A DNA stretch of 30,143 bases from Candidatus Latescibacterota bacterium (GTDB lineage Bacteria > Latescibacterota > UBA2968 > GCA-2709665), in the NCBI GenBank assembly GCA_963662665.2, contig CAXXJS010000042.1, forward strand, positions 1-30,143, given 5' to 3'. A model generated the notes under the pieces. That model saw only the letters and a program-made list of their open reading frames with translations, searched no databases and was not told the DNA's origin. Numbering within the stretch: position 1 is the first letter of the stretch; every line of letters starts with the position of its first letter. A program made the position numbers and the translations under genes. This document shows positions 25,850 through 30,143 of the stretch, in pieces.

Positions 25850-27328
25850 ATGCCCGAGTTCATCCGGTCCGACAAGCCAAATGTGCTGCTGATCTGCACG
25901 GATCACTGGAGTGGATTGCTCACCGGCGATGCGGGCCATCCCGTCGTCACCACGCCGACGATCGACCACCTCGCCCGGTGCGGCGTGAGCTACACCAATG
26001 CCTATTCCGCCTGCCCTTCCTGCATTCCCGCCCGACGCTCCATGTTCACCGGCATGAGTCCGAAGGCGAACGGAATGCGCTCGTATGCCGAAGGCGTTGA
26101 CTTTCCGGATGCGCCCACCCTTGCCCAGTGCTTTCGCGACGCGGGTTACCAGGCGTATGCCGTGGGGAAACTGCACGTCTACCCTCAACGCCACCGCGTG
26201 GGCTTCGATGACGTCCTGGTGGAGGAGCAGGGCCGCCACATTCATCATGACATTCCCGACGGGATGGCCGATGACTTTGAACTCTTCCTCGCCGAACAGG
26301 GTTACGGAGGACAGGAATACGCGGGCGGCATGACGCAGAATGAATACATCGCCCGTGCCTGGCACCTGCCGGAATACTGCCACCCCATCAACTGGGCGGC
26401 GCGCGAGATGTGCAAATACATTCGGAGACGGGATCCGCGAAAGCCCGGTTTCTGGTACCTCTCCTTTTCAGCGCCCCATCCACCCAACACACCCCTGCAG
26501 ACGTACATGGAACTCTACCGGGATGCGTCACTCGACGAACCGGCCACGGGTAACTGGTCGGAAAACTTCGACGACCTGCCCTACCATATCAAAACGCTGA
26601 GCAACCCGGACAACCTCGCCATGGCGCGCGCAAAAGACCATGAATGGGAATTCGCCCGGCGCGGCTATTACGCAACGCTCACCCATATCGATCATCAGAT
26701 CAGGATCGTCATCGGATACCTGCGGGAATCCGGGCTCCTGGACAACACCATCGTGGTCTTCACGAGCGACCACGGCCACATGGTCGGCGAACACGGGCTC
26801 TGGTGCATGACGCCGTTTTACGAAATGTCCGCCAAAATACCCCTGGTCGTCATGCCTGTGAAGGACGACGAACGTCTTCCTGCGGGAACCCGTGACGACC
26901 GCCTGGCCGAGTTCGGTGACATCATGCCCACCTTGCTGGACCTGGCGGGCATCCCCATACCGAATCAGGTCGACAGGCAGAGCCTCGCCGGCGACCGGCG
27001 CCGGGACGAGCTGTACGGCGAACACGGCGAGGGGAACGCGGCGATGCGAATGGTACACGACGGACGGTTCAAACTCATTTACTATCCCGTAGGAAACCAG
27101 GCCCAGCTTTTCGACGTCGCCAGCGACCCGCGGGAAACGCGGGACCTCGCCGGCGACCCCGGTTATGCCGACACCCTGAAACGCCTCAAGAGCCGCCTGG
27201 TGGAGCACCTCTACGGCGAAGATCTCAACTGGCTGAAAAACGGCGAACTCGTCGGCCTGCCGGCCAGGCAATACGTGCCTGCCGCTTCGCGCGCGATGCG
27301 AGGCCAGCGCGGCCTTCGGTATATGTGA
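25850..27328 (+). CDS. Formylglycine-dependent (Cys-type, S1) sulfatase, cytoplasmic
   Basis: PNVLLICTD, signature CIPARRSMFTG, GYQAYAVGKLH, APHPP, FTSDHG; no signal peptide. Confidence 0.92.
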   Translation: MPEFIRSDKPNVLLICTDHWSGLLTGDAGHPVVTTPTIDHLARCGVSYTNAYSACPSCIPARRSMFTGMSPKANGMRSYAEGVDFPDAPTLAQCFRDAGYQAYAVGKLHVYPQRHRVGFDDVLVEEQGRHIHHDIPDGMADDFELFLAEQGYGGQEYAGGMTQNEYIARAWHLPEYCHPINWAAREMCKYIRRRDPRKPGFWYLSFSAPHPPNTPLQTYMELYRDASLDEPATGNWSENFDDLPYHIKTLSNPDNLAMARAKDHEWEFARRGYYATLTHIDHQIRIVIGYLRESGLLDNTIVVFTSDHGHMVGEHGLWCMTPFYEMSAKIPLVVMPVKDDERLPAGTRDDRLAEFGDIMPTLLDLAGIPIPNQVDRQSLAGDRRRDELYGEHGEGNAAMRMVHDGRFKLIYYPVGNQAQLFDVASDPRETRDLAGDPGYADTLKRLKSRLVEHLYGEDLNWLKNGELVGLPARQYVPAASRAMRGQRGLRYM

Positions 27329-27382
27329 TCGACTTCGCCCGGCGGAACGCACGTGCCGGACCGCCGCAGGAAGGAGCCCTTT

Positions 27383-29743
27383 ATGCCCCCGACCGAAACC
27401 AGATCGCCTGCCCGCGCGGTCACGGTAATGATCTACACCCGATATGAATACCGGAAGGTGTACGCCCGTGTCCACCTGCACGGCGAAACCCACCTCGCCC
27501 AGGGCGGCAAGGTGGAACTGGTCCTGTACAGCACACGCTCGGGTGAAACGCGGGAAACCAGTGTCGTCGACAACATCGGGCACGACGAAGTCGCCTTCGA
27601 CACGGGGGACATACCGTCGGGATGCTGCGACTTCAGGGCGACCTTTATCGACCGGTTCGGAACCCGCTTCACCACCCGTACGCTACAGGACAAGTGGCCG
27701 GGGGACTTTCCGTGGCTAGGGTCCCGCGAGGGGATCACCCGCCGGGTTCCCGGACCATGGACGCCGCTGAATGCCACCGAATCCGGAGACGACCTGGAAA
27801 TCACCTGCCGGGGCAGAACGTACACCTTTTCGACAACCGCCTTCGCGACGCAGGCGACGTCAACCGGCAGCCAGTTGCTTGCCGGCCCCCTGAGGCCGGT
27901 CGCCCGTGTAAACGGCAAGAAGGTCCGCTGGACCCGCGGCCGGCTCGAGCTGATCTCGGCGGAGAAAGACCAGGCGGTGTTCAACGTACGTTTCGAATCC
28001 TCCTCGAGTCTGGCCGTGTCGGCCAGACTCGAAGTCGACTTCGACGGGATGGCACGAATCGACTGGTCCGTCACCGCCGGCACGATCCTGCGCCTCGACG
28101 CGCTCTCGGTTGAAATGCCCGTTCTGAAGGACCACGCGAGATACCTGTACCACTTTCCCGGAAGCTGGGGTGAAGCCAGAAATGTCGGTGCGCTGCCGAA
28201 GAGCGATATCAAGATGGGATTTCGACCGTACATCTGGCTGGGTGACGAGGACCGCGGCATCTCGTTGTTTGCGGAATCGGATGCGGGCTTTCACGTCCGT
28301 AATCCAGGGAAAGTGACAGAAATCGTCCGTCGCAAGAACCGGGTACGGCTCCGCATCCATTGCGTCACGACGCCAATAAAACTCCTTCCGGGCAGCCGTC
28401 AGGGCGGGCAATTTACAGGCTTCGGAACCGAAGACCTCAAGCCGCTCACGCCCGGTGGGGTCGTCACGGACAGACTTCGCTACACCTTCGGATTCCAGGC
28501 CACGCCCGTCAAGCCCGTGACAGAGGATGCATGGGACCAACGCGTCTTCTGCATCGGCCAGACCACGACAGGTTTCAGTCCCAGATTAGACGTGTCCGAC
28601 GCCCTCCTGGACAGGTGCGTGGAATCCGGTGTCCGGGCCGTCGTCCTCTTCGAACACTGGGCCGACGCCGAAGCGTACACCCAGACACCCCATGCCGCCG
28701 AAATTCGGAAGATCGTCAGGGCCTGCAAGGATCGAGGCCTTCAGATTCTGCTCTACTTCGGTTTCCTGATCTCGGATATCATCGACGAATGGCAGGCCGT
28801 GGGCAAAGACGCGCTCATCATGCCCAAGGGCGGATATCCTGTCTTCCACTACCAGCCGCAGCCGGAACAATCGGCCTGGCGGGTCTGCCTCAACAGCCCC
28901 TGGCAGGACCTGCTCGCCGACGGCATGGCGAGGATCATGGATGAATTCGACATCGACGGCGTCTACCTGGACGGGACCGAATATCCGTTCGGCTGCTGCA
29001 ACACCGAGCACGGATGCGGACATGTAAGGGCTGACGGCAGCATCGCCCAGACCTACCCCATCTTCAGTACGCGCTCCGCAATGCGGCGTATCTACGAAAT
29101 TGTAAAGTCCCGCAAGAAAGACGGACACGTCAACGTACACAACTCCACGTGCATGACCATGCCCACCCTCGGCTGGGCGACAGGATACTGGGACGGGGAG
29201 CAATTCCAGGGCGTGGGCAGTGGTGTGGACGTTGGCCGACTGCTGCCGCTGGACGCCTTCCGCGCCGAATTCATGGGCCGCCAGTGGGGCGTTCCCGCTG
29301 AATTTCTTCACGCGGGCGCCGCGTATTCGTATGAGCAGGCGTGGGCGTTCACGCTTCTGCACGACGTCCCCGTCCGGCCGCAAAATGCGGACGATGACCT
29401 GGACCTGGCTGCCAGGGTCTGGCGGGCAATGGACGCATTCGACCGCAAGAGCGCCGAATGGATTCCATATTGGCGAAACCACGACTATGTACGCGTTTCT
29501 CCCGGAAATGCTCACGCCAGCATCTATCGCCATCCGGTACACGGCGTCCTTGCGGCTGTTTCCAATATGGACAGCAAACGCAGGAACGTCACGGTCAGGC
29601 TGAACATGAAGGAATTGGGACTCCGGGGCGCCCTGAACGCAACGGATACCCTGAAAAACAAAACCGTCCCGATAAGGGACGGTGTATTGGAATTTCCTCT
29701 TTCCAGCCTGGAGTGGAAAATCGTCCAGGTTAAAGAAGTCTGA
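27383..29743 (+). CDS. DUF6067-like putative glycoside hydrolase
   Basis: VPGPWTPL, EVDFDG, IWLGDEDRGISLFAESD, FGFQATPVKP, DGVYLDG, WDGEQ, LLHDVPVRP, WIPYWRN; ATG 27383 with AAGGAG RBS; no signal peptide. Confidence 0.75.
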   Translation: MPPTETRSPARAVTVMIYTRYEYRKVYARVHLHGETHLAQGGKVELVLYSTRSGETRETSVVDNIGHDEVAFDTGDIPSGCCDFRATFIDRFGTRFTTRTLQDKWPGDFPWLGSREGITRRVPGPWTPLNATESGDDLEITCRGRTYTFSTTAFATQATSTGSQLLAGPLRPVARVNGKKVRWTRGRLELISAEKDQAVFNVRFESSSSLAVSARLEVDFDGMARIDWSVTAGTILRLDALSVEMPVLKDHARYLYHFPGSWGEARNVGALPKSDIKMGFRPYIWLGDEDRGISLFAESDAGFHVRNPGKVTEIVRRKNRVRLRIHCVTTPIKLLPGSRQGGQFTGFGTEDLKPLTPGGVVTDRLRYTFGFQATPVKPVTEDAWDQRVFCIGQTTTGFSPRLDVSDALLDRCVESGVRAVVLFEHWADAEAYTQTPHAAEIRKIVRACKDRGLQILLYFGFLISDIIDEWQAVGKDALIMPKGGYPVFHYQPQPEQSAWRVCLNSPWQDLLADGMARIMDEFDIDGVYLDGTEYPFGCCNTEHGCGHVRADGSIAQTYPIFSTRSAMRRIYEIVKSRKKDGHVNVHNSTCMTMPTLGWATGYWDGEQFQGVGSGVDVGRLLPLDAFRAEFMGRQWGVPAEFLHAGAAYSYEQAWAFTLLHDVPVRPQNADDDLDLAARVWRAMDAFDRKSAEWIPYWRNHDYVRVSPGNAHASIYRHPVHGVLAAVSNMDSKRRNVTVRLNMKELGLRGALNATDTLKNKTVPIRDGVLEFPLSSLEWKIVQVKEV

Positions 29744-29751
29744 ACGTCCTG

Positions 29752-30143
29752 TCAGGATTCATTCACGGCCTGCAAAAGGGCGTGGATGTAACCGTACGTA
29801 TAGGCGAAGGCGACCTGCGCGGGTTCCTCCCCGGAAATACCGGGAACGTGATCGGGCATTATCATGTACTCGTAACCGACCTCATCGAACGTGCGCAGCG
29901 CCCTCAGCATGTCCACGTCCCCTTCGTCGGGAAACACCTCCACAAAATCCCGGAAGCCACCCCTGATATTCCGGAAATGCAGGTTGAAGATTTTCTTTCG
30001 CAGACCGAACCACCGGATAATGTCGTAAATTTCCTCGCCGGGATTTTCAAGGCTCTCGGAAATCGTTCCGAGGCAGAAATTCAGCCCGTTGTAGGGGCTG
30101 TCGTATAATTCCACAAACTTTCTAAGCCCGTCCACCATCCCCA
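29752..30143 (-). CDS. uxuA: Mannonate dehydratase (UxuA) family protein, C-terminal part; 5' end outside the window
   Basis: [55 protein letters not shown]. Confidence 0.8.
   Translation of the reverse strand, partial: GMVDGLRKFVELYDSPYNGLNFCLGTISESLENPGEEIYDIIRWFGLRKKIFNLHFRNIRGGFRDFVEVFPDEGDVDMLRALRTFDEVGYEYMIMPDHVPGISGEEPAQVAFAYTYGYIHALLQAVNES

Overview
This is a GC-rich bacterial window. The mix of a DUF6785/DUF6784 membrane protein, C-terminal dockerin-like tags, a heparinase II/III-like lyase, DUF6067 and a sulfatase resembles Latescibacterota/Handelsmanbacteria-like genomes (inference, not tested). The left end (1-1.4 kb) is decaying mobile/defence DNA: the 3' part of an IS5 with a 1-bp frameshift, an intact right inverted repeat and CTAA target, next to a heavily degraded AbiEi-type antitoxin pseudogene. 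From 1.6 to 12 kb are envelope and secreted proteins: a DUF3179 lipoprotein, an unclassified TIM-barrel-like secreted enzyme and a CRTAC1/ASPIC-UnbV protein. The latter two end in the same duplicated EF-hand (dockerin-like) module and flank a DUF6785/6784 polytopic membrane protein. A TonB-dependent receptor/DUF4249 pair follows, behind a near-consensus sigma-54 promoter. From 12.6 to 15.2 kb is a coupled SDR / YdcF-like / SDR cassette. From 15.3 to 30.1 kb is a divergent, apparently cytoplasmic catabolic locus: VOC, Gfo/Idh/MocA, Ldh_2, RraA-type aldolase and heparinase II/III-like on the minus strand; a CBM-tailed unknown, beta-hydroxyacid dehydrogenase, DadA-like, sulfatase and DUF6067 on the plus strand; and a convergent partial UxuA. 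No rRNA, tRNA or CRISPR was seen. All family calls come from motif recognition by eye; no database search was run.
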